DNA from: an uncultured bacterium
GTDB taxonomy: Bacteria > Bacillota_I > Bacilli_A > RF39 > UBA660
Assembly: GCA_949291455.1 (NCBI GenBank)
Contig: CASEVQ010000004.1
Location: 1-57,055, forward strand
Direction: 5' to 3'
Length of the DNA: 57,055 nucleotides
A program made the translations under genes and the position numbers. The notes under the pieces are model-generated. The model saw nothing but the letters and a program-made list of their open reading frames with translations. It did not search any database and had not been told where the DNA came from. Position 1 is the first letter of the stretch, and the number at the start of each line of letters is the position of its first letter. This document shows, one piece after another, positions 46,915 to 56,944 of the stretch.

Positions 46915-48012
46915 ATGAGTCTTAAAGCAGGTATAGTTGGTTTACCAAATGTTGGTAAGTCAACTTTATTTAACGCAATTACGAAAAAAAATATTTTAGC
47001 AGCTAATTATCCTTTTGCGACAATTGAACCTAATGTAGGAATTGTTATTGTTCCTGATAAAAGATTAGATACTTTAACAGAAATTTATCATCCTGAACGC
47101 ACTATTCCAACAGCTTATGAATTTACTGATATTGCTGGATTAGTAAAAGGAGCTTCGGTTGGTGAGGGTTTAGGTAATAAGTTTTTATCTCATATAAGAG
47201 AAGTTGATGCAATTGTTGAAGTTGTTAGATGTTTTGAAGATAGTAATATTATTCATGTTGAAAACGGAATTGATCCTATTAGAGATATTGAAATTATTAA
47301 TTTAGAACTTTCTTTGTCAGATTTGGAGATTATTAATAGTAGAATAGATAAAATTAAGAAAAAAGCAGAAACTAATCGGGACAAAGAGGCTATGGCTGAA
47401 TATGAAATATTAAAAAAAGTTAAAAGTTCTTTGGAAAATGGTTTTGCTCTTCGTAGAATAGAGTTTACTAAAGAAGAAAAAAATTATTTAAAAAGTTTTA
47501 ATTTACTTACAGCAAAACCTATTATATATTTAGCTAATGTTTTAGAAAATGAGTTAACAATAGATAATGATTATGTAAAAAAAGTTATTGAATATGCTAA
47601 AAATGAAAATTCTAGGGTTATAAAAATATGTGCTAAGATGGAATCTGATTTAAGTGATCTTTCTGATAATGATAAAAAAGAAATGCTAAATGCTATTGGT
47701 ATTGAAGATTCTGGTCTTGATTTATTGATTAAAGAAACATATGATTTATTAGGATTAGAAACTTATTTTACAGCTGGTAAAGATGAAGTTCGAGCTTGGA
47801 CTTACAAGAAGGGAATGAATGCCAAAGAATGTGCTGGTATTATTCATTCAGACTTTGAGAAAGGTTTTATTAAAGCTGAAATTATGTCTTATGACGATTT
47901 AGCTAAATATGGTAATGAATTGAAAGTAAAAGAAGCAGGTAAAACGCGATTAGAAGGAAAAGATTATTTGATGCAAGATGGAGATATTTGTTATTTTAGA
48001 TTCAATGTATAA
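46915..48012 (+). CDS. ychF: redox-regulated ribosome-binding ATPase YchF
   Basis: GIVGLPNVGKSTLFNA. A TGS-containing C-terminus ending DGDICYFRFNV. Confidence 0.95.
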   Translation: MSLKAGIVGLPNVGKSTLFNAITKKNILAANYPFATIEPNVGIVIVPDKRLDTLTEIYHPERTIPTAYEFTDIAGLVKGASVGEGLGNKFLSHIREVDAIVEVVRCFEDSNIIHVENGIDPIRDIEIINLELSLSDLEIINSRIDKIKKKAETNRDKEAMAEYEILKKVKSSLENGFALRRIEFTKEEKNYLKSFNLLTAKPIIYLANVLENELTIDNDYVKKVIEYAKNENSRVIKICAKMESDLSDLSDNDKKEMLNAIGIEDSGLDLLIKETYDLLGLETYFTAGKDEVRAWTYKKGMNAKECAGIIHSDFEKGFIKAEIMSYDDLAKYGNELKVKEAGKTRLEGKDYLMQDGDICYFRFNV

Positions 48013-48045
48013 ATCATTGAATCTTTAATGTTTTTTGGAGGTTTT

Positions 48046-48759
48046 ATGAGACCATTAATTGGTATTGTTGGAAGAGTTGAATATCCTGGAAATACAGATA
48101 AAATTGTTGAAAATGATGATATTAGAAGAGCAATAATAAAAGCTGGTGGCACTCCTTTTGTTATTCTTCCACCACAGATAGTTGATTATGGTAAAGTAAA
48201 AAATAGTGATATTCCTGAATTTAATTCTGAAGAAAAAAGGATGCTTATACAACAATTAATTCTCTGTGATGGTATAGTTATGCCAGGTGGTTTTAAAATG
48301 TTGAATAGTGATTTTTTTATATTAGATTATGCTATTAAGAATGATATTCCTATTTTAGGTATTTGTCTTGGTATGCAAGTTATGGCTAATTATGGAAGAG
48401 AAATTTGGAATGAAAAAAATAATAGTAATGGTATAAATCATTATGTAGAATCTGGTGAATTAGTTCATTTCGTATATATTAAGCATAATAGTAAATTGTT
48501 TTCTATTTTAAATAGAGATAAGTTTATGGTTAATAGTTTTCATCATATGCATATATTGGAAAGTAATGTTTATAATTCTGTTTGTTTTAGTGAAGATGGA
48601 CTTATTGAGGGTATTGAACATCCAGATAATACTTTTAATATAGGTGTGCAATGGCATCCTGAAAGAATGAATGATTTCACATCAAAAAAAATATTTAAAA
48701 GTTTGATAAAATTTGCAATTGATTATTCAAAAAAAGAAAAAACATTAGTTTATAAATAA
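48046..48759 (+). CDS. class I glutamine amidotransferase-like hydrolase (peptidase C26, gamma-glutamyl-GABA hydrolase family)
   Basis: Nucleophile elbow GICLGMQ and the His motif VQWHPE. ATG after GGAGG; the ORF track starts at 48028. Confidence 0.8.
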   Translation: MRPLIGIVGRVEYPGNTDKIVENDDIRRAIIKAGGTPFVILPPQIVDYGKVKNSDIPEFNSEEKRMLIQQLILCDGIVMPGGFKMLNSDFFILDYAIKNDIPILGICLGMQVMANYGREIWNEKNNSNGINHYVESGELVHFVYIKHNSKLFSILNRDKFMVNSFHHMHILESNVYNSVCFSEDGLIEGIEHPDNTFNIGVQWHPERMNDFTSKKIFKSLIKFAIDYSKKEKTLVYK

Positions 48760-48766
48760 AAAATAG

Positions 48767-48795
48767 TAGACAAATTTATTAATTGTTGATATACT
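48767..48795 (+). promoter_or_regulatory. promoter of rpsF-ssb-rpsR
   Basis: TAGACA-17 nt-TATACT with an upstream TGa (extended -10). The leader contains hairpins GAGTAT-TTCG-ATACTC and GCCAA-TAAT-TTGGC before the RBS. Confidence 0.5.
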
Positions 48796-48859
48796 ACTTT
48801 CGAGTATTTCGATACTCCTTGCCAATAATTTGGCCATATGTCCAGAAGGAGGTGTAATA

Positions 48860-49150
48860 ATGAAAAAATATGATGTTATGTTTATTGTTAAGCCTGATTT
48901 AGAGGAAGGTGCTATTAAAGAAGTTTTTGATTCTATGAAAGCTTTACTTGAAGATAAAAAAGCGAACATTGTTGAAACAAAAGAAATGGGTCAAAGAGAA
49001 TTAGCATATGAAATTAAAAAGTATAAAACAGGTTATTATTTCTATTTTTTAATTGAAGCAGATACAGCAGATGCTGTTAAAGAGTTTGATCGTGTTGCTT
49101 TAATTAATGAGAATATTATCCGTCATTTAGTTGTTAAAGTTGAAGGATAA
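48860..49150 (+). CDS. rpsF: 30S ribosomal protein S6
   Basis: MKKYDVMFIVKPDLEE...RELAYEIKKYKTGYYF. ATG after AGGAGGTG. Confidence 0.95.
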   Translation: MKKYDVMFIVKPDLEEGAIKEVFDSMKALLEDKKANIVETKEMGQRELAYEIKKYKTGYYFYFLIEADTADAVKEFDRVALINENIIRHLVVKVEG

Positions 49151-49165
49151 GAAAAGAGGTAATTA

Positions 49166-49654
49166 ATGAATAAAGTATGTTTGGTTGGACGTCTTGTTAA
49201 AGATCCAACGTGTGAATATGTTAATACAATTAATGGAAATGTAGCTCGTGCAAGATTTACTATTGCAGTTGATAGAAGTTTTCTTTCTAGTAATCAAGAT
49301 GGAAGAAATACTGCAGATTTTATTAATATTGTCGCTTGGAGAAAGCAAGCTGAAAATATAGCAAAGTTTCAGAAAAAAGGAAATCAAGTAGCAGTTGATG
49401 GTAGATTACAAGTTGATAGTTATACGGGAAAAGATGGTAATACTGTATGGTCAACTTATGTTGTTGCAGATTCTATTCAATTTCTTGATAGAAAAAGTGA
49501 TAGTGTAGCAAATAATAATTTTGATAGTAATAATTATGATAATGTTACACCAAGTGATTTTTCTAATGAATCATCTTCAAGTGAGCAAGGTGCTAGTGTT
49601 TGGGATGCTGGTTCTAATATAGAAATAGATCCTGATGAGTTACCTTTCTATTAG
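49166..49654 (+). CDS. ssb: single-stranded DNA-binding protein
   Basis: OB-fold [14 protein letters not shown].., an acidic C-terminal tip DPDELPFY, and a low-complexity linker. Confidence 0.95.
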   Translation: MNKVCLVGRLVKDPTCEYVNTINGNVARARFTIAVDRSFLSSNQDGRNTADFINIVAWRKQAENIAKFQKKGNQVAVDGRLQVDSYTGKDGNTVWSTYVVADSIQFLDRKSDSVANNNFDSNNYDNVTPSDFSNESSSSEQGASVWDAGSNIEIDPDELPFY

Positions 49655-49670
49655 AAAGGAGAGAATTTTA

Positions 49671-49886
49671 ATGGCAGAGTTTTTTAGAAAAAAGAAAAAA
49701 GTATGCTATATGTGTACTGGAAAAGATGTTGATTATAAAGATGTTGATACATTAAAAAAATTCGTTAATGAAAGAGGCAAAATATTACCAAGACGTGTTA
49801 CTGGTAATTGTGCAAAACATCAAAGATATATTGCTGAACAAGTTAAAAGAGCAAGAGCAATCGCTTTATTGCCTTATGCAAAATAG
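49671..49886 (+). CDS. rpsR: 30S ribosomal protein S18
   Basis: [44 protein letters not shown] after AAGGAGAG. Confidence 0.95.
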   Translation: MAEFFRKKKKVCYMCTGKDVDYKDVDTLKKFVNERGKILPRRVTGNCAKHQRYIAEQVKRARAIALLPYAK

Positions 49887-49907
49887 ACACTATTGTGTCT
49901 TTTTTTT
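49885..49907 (+). terminator. rho-independent terminator after rpsR
   Basis: AGACAC-TATT-GTGTCT followed by TTTTTTT. Confidence 0.7.
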
Positions 49908-49949
49908 GTAAATTGTCGTAAATTGAATCGTTTTGTTTTCTTATAATTA

Positions 49950-49977
49950 TTGAAAAAAACAAAAAAAATGTTAAAAT
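49950..49977 (+). promoter_or_regulatory. candidate promoter of divIC-tilS-ftsH
   Basis: TTGAAA-16 nt-TAAAAT with an extended TGt. Confidence 0.45.
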
Positions 49978-50005
49978 ATAATCGGAAGACTAGGTGATAA
50001 TTCGT

Positions 50006-50329
50006 ATGGCAAATAAAAAAGTTAAAGTTAAGGCTGTAAAAAAGCCTAAAAAGAAAGCTTTACGAGTTTTATTGTTTGGTTTTGGAAGTTGTGCTTTTAT
50101 AATTTATTTTTTTATTTTTATTTTTTCTGTTTCATTGAATATTGTCGATAAATATAAAGAAAAAGAAAAACTTACTAATGAACTGATTGAATTAAAAGAA
50201 AAAGAACAGGAATTAGCTGTCGATGTTGAGAAATTACAAGATCCTGAATATATTGCTAGATATTTACGAGAAAAGTTTTTTTATTCAAAAGATGGTGAAT
50301 ATATAATTAAGATTCCTAAAAATGAATAA
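50006..50329 (+). CDS. divIC: septum formation initiator family protein (DivIC/FtsB)
   Basis: Basic N-terminus, a single TM helix, then a coiled coil. DPEYIARYLREKFFYSKDGEYIIKIP is the typical DivIC/FtsB C-terminal motif. Confidence 0.7.
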   Translation: MANKKVKVKAVKKPKKKALRVLLFGFGSCAFIIYFFIFIFSVSLNIVDKYKEKEKLTNELIELKEKEQELAVDVEKLQDPEYIARYLREKFFYSKDGEYIIKIPKNE

Positions 50330-50338
50330 TTTTTTAAA

Positions 50339-50362
50339 AAGAAGGTTTTGCATCTTCTTTTT
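50339..50362 (+). terminator. possible terminator/attenuator after divIC
   Basis: AAGAAG-9 nt-CTTCTT followed by TTT. Confidence 0.45.
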
Positions 50363-50409
50363 CTTGCTATTAATTATTTTTTTTTATAGAATATATATGG
50401 TGACTGTTT

Positions 50410-51735
50410 GTGAAAGAAGTTATTAATTTTTTGATTAATGATATAAAATTGAAAAGTACTGATACTATTGTTTTAGGAAATTCAGCTGGACCAGATTCAA
50501 TGTGTTTGTTTAACATTTTATTAAAGCTTCGTGAAAAGTATAATTTTAATATTGTTTGTGCTCATGTTAATCATAATGTTAGAAAAGAAAGTTTAAAAGA
50601 AAAAGAATTTCTTATGCAATACTGTAATGAAAGAAACATAATTTTTGAGACTATGACAATTGAAAAATATGGTGATGATAATTTTCATAATCAAGCTAGA
50701 AAAATAAGATATAATTTTTTTTATGACTTAGTTAGAAAATATGATGCTAATTATTTAATGACAGCACATCATGGTGATGATTTGATTGAAACAATTTTAA
50801 TGCGTATTGTTCGAGGTTCAACTTTAAAAGGTTATAGTGGATTTAGTAAAATTGTAGTAAATGGTAATTTTAAAATTATAAGACCTTTAATATATGTTAC
50901 TAAAGATGATATTCTTAATTATAATAAAGAAAATAAAATTCCATATGTATTAGATAGTTCTAATTTTAAAGGAAAATATACTAGAAATAGATATCGAATG
51001 AATATACTTCCTTTTTTAAAAAAAGAAGATTCAAAAGTTCATGATAAATTTATTAAATTTAGTGAAACTTTAGAAGAATATGACGAATTTATAAATAATG
51101 AAATAAGCAAAACTATTACTAAAGTTTATAATGATAATAAAATAAATATAACTTTATATAAGAATTTAGATTATTTAATTCAAAAAAAATTAATATATTT
51201 TATATTGGAAGATATATATAAAGATGATTTAATGACTATTAATGATAAACATGTTAAACTTATTATGAATTTACTTAATTCTAAAAGGGCAAATGCAAAG
51301 TTATGTTTACCTAGAAATATTGAAGTTTATAAGTGTTATGATTATTTAGAATTTTCAAAAGAGATTAGAGAAATTGTTAACTATGAGATGGAATTGATGA
51401 AATTTGCTATATTACCAAATGGTCATAAGTTAGAGATAATAGATGAAATTGATAGTAATAATAATAATGTTTGTCGAATTGATTCTAGTGAAATATCATT
51501 GCCACTATATATAAGAACTAGAAAATTAGGCGATAAAATGTTCTTAAAGAAGTTGAATGGTTACAAAAAAGTTAAGGATATATTTATAGATTGTAAAATT
51601 CCTGTAAATGATAGAGATAAGTGGCCTATTGTTGTTGATTCACAAGATAGAATTATTTGGATTCCAGGTTTAAAAAAATCTAAATTTACAAAGCTAAAAA
51701 ATGAAAAATATGATATAATAGTTAAATATAGTTAA
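50410..51735 (+). CDS. tilS: tRNA(Ile)-lysidine synthase
   Basis: PP-loop NSAGPDS, AHVNHNVR and TAHHGDD. GTG start after TGGTGA. Confidence 0.9.
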   Translation: MKEVINFLINDIKLKSTDTIVLGNSAGPDSMCLFNILLKLREKYNFNIVCAHVNHNVRKESLKEKEFLMQYCNERNIIFETMTIEKYGDDNFHNQARKIRYNFFYDLVRKYDANYLMTAHHGDDLIETILMRIVRGSTLKGYSGFSKIVVNGNFKIIRPLIYVTKDDILNYNKENKIPYVLDSSNFKGKYTRNRYRMNILPFLKKEDSKVHDKFIKFSETLEEYDEFINNEISKTITKVYNDNKINITLYKNLDYLIQKKLIYFILEDIYKDDLMTINDKHVKLIMNLLNSKRANAKLCLPRNIEVYKCYDYLEFSKEIREIVNYEMELMKFAILPNGHKLEIIDEIDSNNNNVCRIDSSEISLPLYIRTRKLGDKMFLKKLNGYKKVKDIFIDCKIPVNDRDKWPIVVDSQDRIIWIPGLKKSKFTKLKNEKYDIIVKYS

Positions 51736-51747
51736 AGGAGACATGTT

Positions 51748-53721
51748 ATGAATAAAAAAGAAGTTAAAAGAGGAATGTTGCCATATTTATTATTAATAGT
51801 AATAGCTCTTGGCATTTATTATATGCTATCTATTGGTAGTATGAAAGTTAATGATTTAACATATGATGTGTTTTTATCTGAGATAAAAAATGGAAATGTC
51901 GAGGAAGTTGTTATAACACCTAATGCTAATGAAGGTACATATAATATAACTGGTAAATTAAAAAGTTATAATGAGAATGAAAGTTTTTATGTTAAAGCAC
52001 CACTTACTGATACAATTATTTCGCAAATCGTATCAATAGATGATGATTTAAACTATAAATTAGAAACAGAAGCTGATCCTGGTTCTAGTCCACTTTTATT
52101 TATTCTTGTTAATGTACTACCAATTGTATTGATAATTGGTGTTGGTTTTTGGTTTTTTTCTAAACAGATGAGTAATGCTGGAAAATCAATGGATTTTGGT
52201 AAGAGTAAAGCTAGACTTAATACTGAAAGAAATAAGGTTACATTTAAAGATGTCGCTGGGCTTAAAGAAGAAAAAGAAGAAGTTAAAGAATTAATTGATT
52301 TTTTAAAAAATCCAAAAAGGTTTCAAAAACTTGGAGCTAGAATTCCTAAAGGTGTTTTATTAGTAGGGCCTCCAGGAACAGGAAAAACATTACTTGCAAA
52401 AGCTGTTGCGGGTGAAGCTAATGTACCTTTTTACTATATAAGTGGTTCAGATTTTGTTGAATTATTTGTAGGTATTGGTGCTAGTCGTGTTAGAGATATG
52501 TTTAAACAAGCTAAACATAATGCCCCTTGTTTAATTTTTATTGATGAAATTGATGCAGTTGGTCGTCAACGTGGTACAGGCCTTGGTGGTGGTCATGATG
52601 AAAGAGAGCAAACTCTTAATCAGTTATTAACTGAAATGGACGGTTTTGGTGCTAACGAAGGTATCATAATCATTGCAGCTACTAATAGAGCTGATGTCTT
52701 AGATCCAGCTTTACTTCGTCCTGGAAGATTTGATAGACAAGTTACGGTTAATTTACCTGATGTAAAAGGAAGAGAAGAAATTCTTGAAGTACATGCTAGA
52801 AATAAAATTTTATCACCTAGTGTATCGTTGAAGAATGTTGCAAAGAGAACACCTGGTTTTAGTGGAGCTGATTTAGAGAACTTATTAAACGAAGCAGCTT
52901 TGCTTGCTGTTAGAACAAATAAAGATCAAATAACAATGAAAGAAGTAGATGAAGCTACAGATAGAGTTCTTATGGGACCTGCTAAAAAGAGTAAAAAATA
53001 TACAGAATCCGAAAGAAGAATGGTAGCATTTCATGAAGCAGGACATGTTGTTTTAGGTCTTAAATTAAACGATGCTAATGATGTTCAAAAAGTTACAATT
53101 ATACCTAGAAGTTATGCTGGTGGTTATGCTATGATGATTCCAAAAGAAGAACGTTATACTTCTACAAAGAAAGAATTAATAGAGCAGATAACTGGACTTT
53201 TAGGTGGTCGTGTATCTGAAGAATTAAATTTTGGTGAAATTACTACTGGTGCGCATAATGATTTTGAAAAAGCAACAAAGATTGCTAGAGCTATGGTAAC
53301 AGAGTATGGTATGAGTGATTTAGGACCAGTTCAATTAGAACAACAAGAAGGTGGAGTATTCTTAGGAAGAGACTATAATAAAAGTAGAAATTTCTCTAAT
53401 GAAGTTGCTCATGAAATTGACTTAGAAATGCGTAAAATTATAAATGATTGCTATGATAATGCTAAAAAGATACTTAAAGAAAATAGTGATTTAGTTAAGC
53501 TTGTAGCTGAAAACTTATTAGAATATGAAACTCTTACTAAGGAACAAATTGAATATCTTGTTAAGAATGGTCATATGCCTGAAGAAGAGGATAATACTAT
53601 TAGTTTAGATGATTTGAAAGAAATTGCTAAAGAAAAAGGTATTAAAGGTTATACAAAAATGACTAAAGAAGAATTATCTGAAAAAATAAAAAAATTAGAA
53701 GATAATAAGGATAATGATTAA
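51748..53721 (+). CDS. ftsH: ATP-dependent zinc metalloprotease FtsH with a short C-terminal Rho_N/SAP-like tail
   Basis: [23 protein letters not shown] and the zinc site HEAGH. Two N-terminal TM helices. Tail: [33 protein letters not shown]. Confidence 0.97.
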   Translation: MNKKEVKRGMLPYLLLIVIALGIYYMLSIGSMKVNDLTYDVFLSEIKNGNVEEVVITPNANEGTYNITGKLKSYNENESFYVKAPLTDTIISQIVSIDDDLNYKLETEADPGSSPLLFILVNVLPIVLIIGVGFWFFSKQMSNAGKSMDFGKSKARLNTERNKVTFKDVAGLKEEKEEVKELIDFLKNPKRFQKLGARIPKGVLLVGPPGTGKTLLAKAVAGEANVPFYYISGSDFVELFVGIGASRVRDMFKQAKHNAPCLIFIDEIDAVGRQRGTGLGGGHDEREQTLNQLLTEMDGFGANEGIIIIAATNRADVLDPALLRPGRFDRQVTVNLPDVKGREEILEVHARNKILSPSVSLKNVAKRTPGFSGADLENLLNEAALLAVRTNKDQITMKEVDEATDRVLMGPAKKSKKYTESERRMVAFHEAGHVVLGLKLNDANDVQKVTIIPRSYAGGYAMMIPKEERYTSTKKELIEQITGLLGGRVSEELNFGEITTGAHNDFEKATKIARAMVTEYGMSDLGPVQLEQQEGGVFLGRDYNKSRNFSNEVAHEIDLEMRKIINDCYDNAKKILKENSDLVKLVAENLLEYETLTKEQIEYLVKNGHMPEEEDNTISLDDLKEIAKEKGIKGYTKMTKEELSEKIKKLEDNKDND

Positions 53722-53724
53722 TAT

Positions 53725-53760
53725 AAACTATTAGTATATTTACTAATAGTTTTCCTTTTT
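53725..53760 (+). terminator. rho-independent terminator after ftsH
   Basis: 12-bp stem AAACTATTAGTA-TATT-TACTAATAGTTT followed by TCCTTTTT. Confidence 0.7.
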
Positions 53761-53781
53761 GTAATTTAAAGTGGTGATATT

Positions 53782-54765
53782 ATGTGGAAAATTGGAAATG
53801 TTGAAATAAAGAATAGAGTAGTTTTAGCGCCAATGGCTGGTATCTGTAATTCTGCTTTTAGAAGAATTGCTAAAGAAATGGGGTGTGGACTTATTTATGC
53901 TGAAATGGTAAGTGATAAGGCAATTTGTTATAATAATTGTAAAACGATAGATATGCTTTATATGACAGAAGAAGAAAGACCTATTTCACAGCAAGTCTTT
54001 GGCAGTGATAAAGAATCATTTGTAGAAGCAGCTAAATATATATATACTAATATGCATCCGGATATTATTGATATTAATATGGGTTGTCCTGTCCCTAAAG
54101 TTGCTCAAAGAGCTCAAGCAGGAGCTTCTCTTTTAAAAGATGTGAATAAAATTAAAGAAATAGTTTCTGCTGTTGTGAATAGTGTTCCTATTCCTGTAAC
54201 TGTTAAAATAAGAAGTGGTTGGGATTTTAATAGTATTAATGCTGTAGAAGTAGCAAAAGCATGTGAAGAGGCTGGTGCTAGTTGTATATGTGTTCATCCA
54301 AGGACTAGAAGTCAAGGTTATTCTGGTAAAGCTAATTGGGATATTATAAAAAATGTTAAAGAAAGTGTTAATATTCCAGTTATAGGAAATGGAGATATTC
54401 TTAATATATATGATGCTAAAAGAATGTTAGATGAAACTAAATGTGATGCAGTTATGATTGGTAGAGGAGTTTTAGGAAATCCTTGGTTAATAAGAGAGAT
54501 TATAGCATATATTGATGATGGTATAATTTTAGAAAAACCAAATTTTATTGAAAAAATTAATATGTGTCTTAAACATTTAAGATATTTACTAGAATTTAAA
54601 AATGAAAAAGTAGCAGCTTTAGAAATTAGAAATCACGTTGCGTGGTATTTAAAAGGAATGAAAGAATCTAATACAATTAAAAATAAAATCTTTCTTACTA
54701 AGAATATAAATGATATAATTAATATATTAGAAGAATATAAAGAATTTATAAAGGAGAATAGTTAA
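53782..54765 (+). CDS. dusB: tRNA dihydrouridine synthase DusB
   Basis: LAPMAGICNSAFR, DINMGCP and IGRGVLGNPW. Confidence 0.9.
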   Translation: MWKIGNVEIKNRVVLAPMAGICNSAFRRIAKEMGCGLIYAEMVSDKAICYNNCKTIDMLYMTEEERPISQQVFGSDKESFVEAAKYIYTNMHPDIIDINMGCPVPKVAQRAQAGASLLKDVNKIKEIVSAVVNSVPIPVTVKIRSGWDFNSINAVEVAKACEEAGASCICVHPRTRSQGYSGKANWDIIKNVKESVNIPVIGNGDILNIYDAKRMLDETKCDAVMIGRGVLGNPWLIREIIAYIDDGIILEKPNFIEKINMCLKHLRYLLEFKNEKVAALEIRNHVAWYLKGMKESNTIKNKIFLTKNINDIINILEEYKEFIKENS

Positions 54766-55355
54766 TGAAAGCATATTTTTTACAAAGACTTGTTTCATAT
54801 TTAATTGATTTTTTTATAATAATTTTTATAGTAACAGGAATAACATTTTTTATTCCTACAAGTGATACCTATAAAGAAGCCTATAAAGAAGCTAACGAAA
54901 TATCTGATTTGTATTTTAATGGAGAGATTAGTAATGTTGAATATTTGTCAAGATATGGCGATGTAAGTTATACTATGGCAAAAGAAACTATTGTTGTTAC
55001 TGTTATTCATTTAGTAGTTACAGTAGCATATTTTGGGACTTATGCTTATTATATGAATGGTCAAACTATAGGAAAGAAAATTATGAAAATTAGAGTAGTT
55101 AATAAAGATAATAGTAATGTTGGGCATAGTATACTTATTTTTAGAACAGCCATTATATATGGTGTTATTGAAAGTATAATTTCCTTAATAATATTACAGT
55201 TTATTAGTTCTAATATGTATTTATATGCTATTACGCCACTTGAATTTTTACAATATATTTTTGTTTTAATATCATTATTTATGATTATGTTTAGAAAAGA
55301 TGGAAGAGGACTTCATGATATTTTGTTTAAGACTAAAGTAATTTCATTAAAATAA
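54765..55355 (+). CDS. RDD family membrane protein
   Basis: QRLVSYLIDFFII at the N-terminus, GQTIGKKIMKIRV, and GRGLHDILFKTKV at the C-terminus (RDD pattern). 3-4 TM helices. Confidence 0.7.
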   Translation: MKAYFLQRLVSYLIDFFIIIFIVTGITFFIPTSDTYKEAYKEANEISDLYFNGEISNVEYLSRYGDVSYTMAKETIVVTVIHLVVTVAYFGTYAYYMNGQTIGKKIMKIRVVNKDNSNVGHSILIFRTAIIYGVIESIISLIILQFISSNMYLYAITPLEFLQYIFVLISLFMIMFRKDGRGLHDILFKTKVISLK

Positions 55356-55436
55356 TTGTGTATGTTTGATGAAATTTGGTTATATTTATTGTAATTGTTT
55401 TAAGTATTGTTGTATAATTAATAAGAGGAGGATAAA

Positions 55437-56843
55437 ATGAAAAAGCATAATTTATTTAAAGTTGTTATGATAACTATAGCAATAGCAGTAGTGTTATCGT
55501 GGTTATTGCCAATTACTTATTATTCTTCAAGTGTAGGATTAGTTGAAGAGTCAAGAGACTATATCGGTATATTTGATGTTATGAGTTATGTTGGTATAGC
55601 AGTGCAATATTTTAGTCATATTGGGATATATGTCTTAATTATTGGTGGATTATATGGTGTTTTACATAAAATATCAGGATATCGTAATTTGGTAGACAAA
55701 ATAGTAAAAGGATTTAAGAGTCGTGAATGGTTATTTATGACTATTGTAATGGTAATTTTTGCTGTATTATCTTCAATGGCTGGATTATCTTTGCCATTAT
55801 TAGTGATGTTTCCTTTTGTTATTGCTGTTGTATTGGCAATGGGATATGATAAAATAACTGCAACTATGGTTACAGCAGGAAGTGTAGCAATAGGACTTAT
55901 TGGAACAGTATTTAACGTTAATAATACTTATGGGATTGATGCTGTGATTGGATCAACTGCTAATGGTGATATCTTAGTAAAAGTATTATTATTAGTTATT
56001 TCATTAGCATTATTAATTTTTAATGTTATAACTTATTCTAATAAACATAAAGATACTAAGGCATTAGAAAAAGGTAGTTATATTCCTGAAGTTTCAAATT
56101 CTAAAAAAGAAAAATTTTGGCCAATTGTTGTTATACTTGATGTAGTATTATTAATACTAATTTTAGCATTTATTTCTTGGGATTTATTTAAAGTTACTTG
56201 GTTTTCGGATACTTTAAATAATATAATTGATTTTAAAATTGGTGATTTTCCAATATTTGATGCTTTACTTGGAGTAAGTAATCCTTTTGGTCTATGGACT
56301 TTAGTTGAAGGGTCAGTAGTATTACTTATTGCTAGTTGGCTAATATCATTTATTTATAGAATAAAGTTTTCTGATTATATAACTTATTTTATGAATGGTG
56401 CTAAACGTGCATTAAAAGCTGCTGTTTTAGTAGTATTAGTATATGTAGTATTAGTTTGTACAACATATGTTCCAACATTGTTGACAATATTTAAACCGAT
56501 GTTAGAATTAACTAGTGGCATAAATGTCTTTATAATGAGTTTAGTAGCATTTATTTCAAGTGTTTTTTCAGTGGAATTATATTATGCTGCAACAGGTGTG
56601 TTACCTTATGTAGTTGGAACACTATATACTGAATTAGCTACTAGTGACATTACGTTACTTTCTGTTATATGGCAATCATTTTATGGTGTAGCTATGTTAG
56701 TAGCTCCTACTAGTGTAGTTTTAATAGCAACTTTATCATACTTACATATACCTTATGGTAAATGGTTAAAAGCTATTGTAAAATTATTATTAGAATTAGT
56801 TGTTGTATTATTGATAATCTTTACAATAATGACAATTATATAA
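55437..56843 (+). CDS. YfcC family (putative basic amino acid / C4-dicarboxylate-type) permease
   Basis: 468 aa, polytopic. VLIIGGLYGVLHKISGYRNLVDKIV and FVIAVVLAMGYDKITATMV resemble E. coli YfcC regions as recalled. Candidate promoter TTGTAA-18-TATAAT at 55389-55418. Confidence 0.6.
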   Translation: MKKHNLFKVVMITIAIAVVLSWLLPITYYSSSVGLVEESRDYIGIFDVMSYVGIAVQYFSHIGIYVLIIGGLYGVLHKISGYRNLVDKIVKGFKSREWLFMTIVMVIFAVLSSMAGLSLPLLVMFPFVIAVVLAMGYDKITATMVTAGSVAIGLIGTVFNVNNTYGIDAVIGSTANGDILVKVLLLVISLALLIFNVITYSNKHKDTKALEKGSYIPEVSNSKKEKFWPIVVILDVVLLILILAFISWDLFKVTWFSDTLNNIIDFKIGDFPIFDALLGVSNPFGLWTLVEGSVVLLIASWLISFIYRIKFSDYITYFMNGAKRALKAAVLVVLVYVVLVCTTYVPTLLTIFKPMLELTSGINVFIMSLVAFISSVFSVELYYAATGVLPYVVGTLYTELATSDITLLSVIWQSFYGVAMLVAPTSVVLIATLSYLHIPYGKWLKAIVKLLLELVVVLLIIFTIMTII

Positions 56844-56850
56844 TAACAAA

Positions 56851-56873
56851 AGCTCCTATTTAGGAGTTTTTTT
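56851..56873 (+). terminator. rho-independent terminator
   Basis: AGCTCCT-ATTT-AGGAGTT followed by TTTTT. Confidence 0.6.
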
Positions 56874-56944
56874 ATGTGTTAATATTGTATTTATTAATTT
56901 ATAATGATAATATAATTATATAAAATAAAACTAGGAGTGATTAT

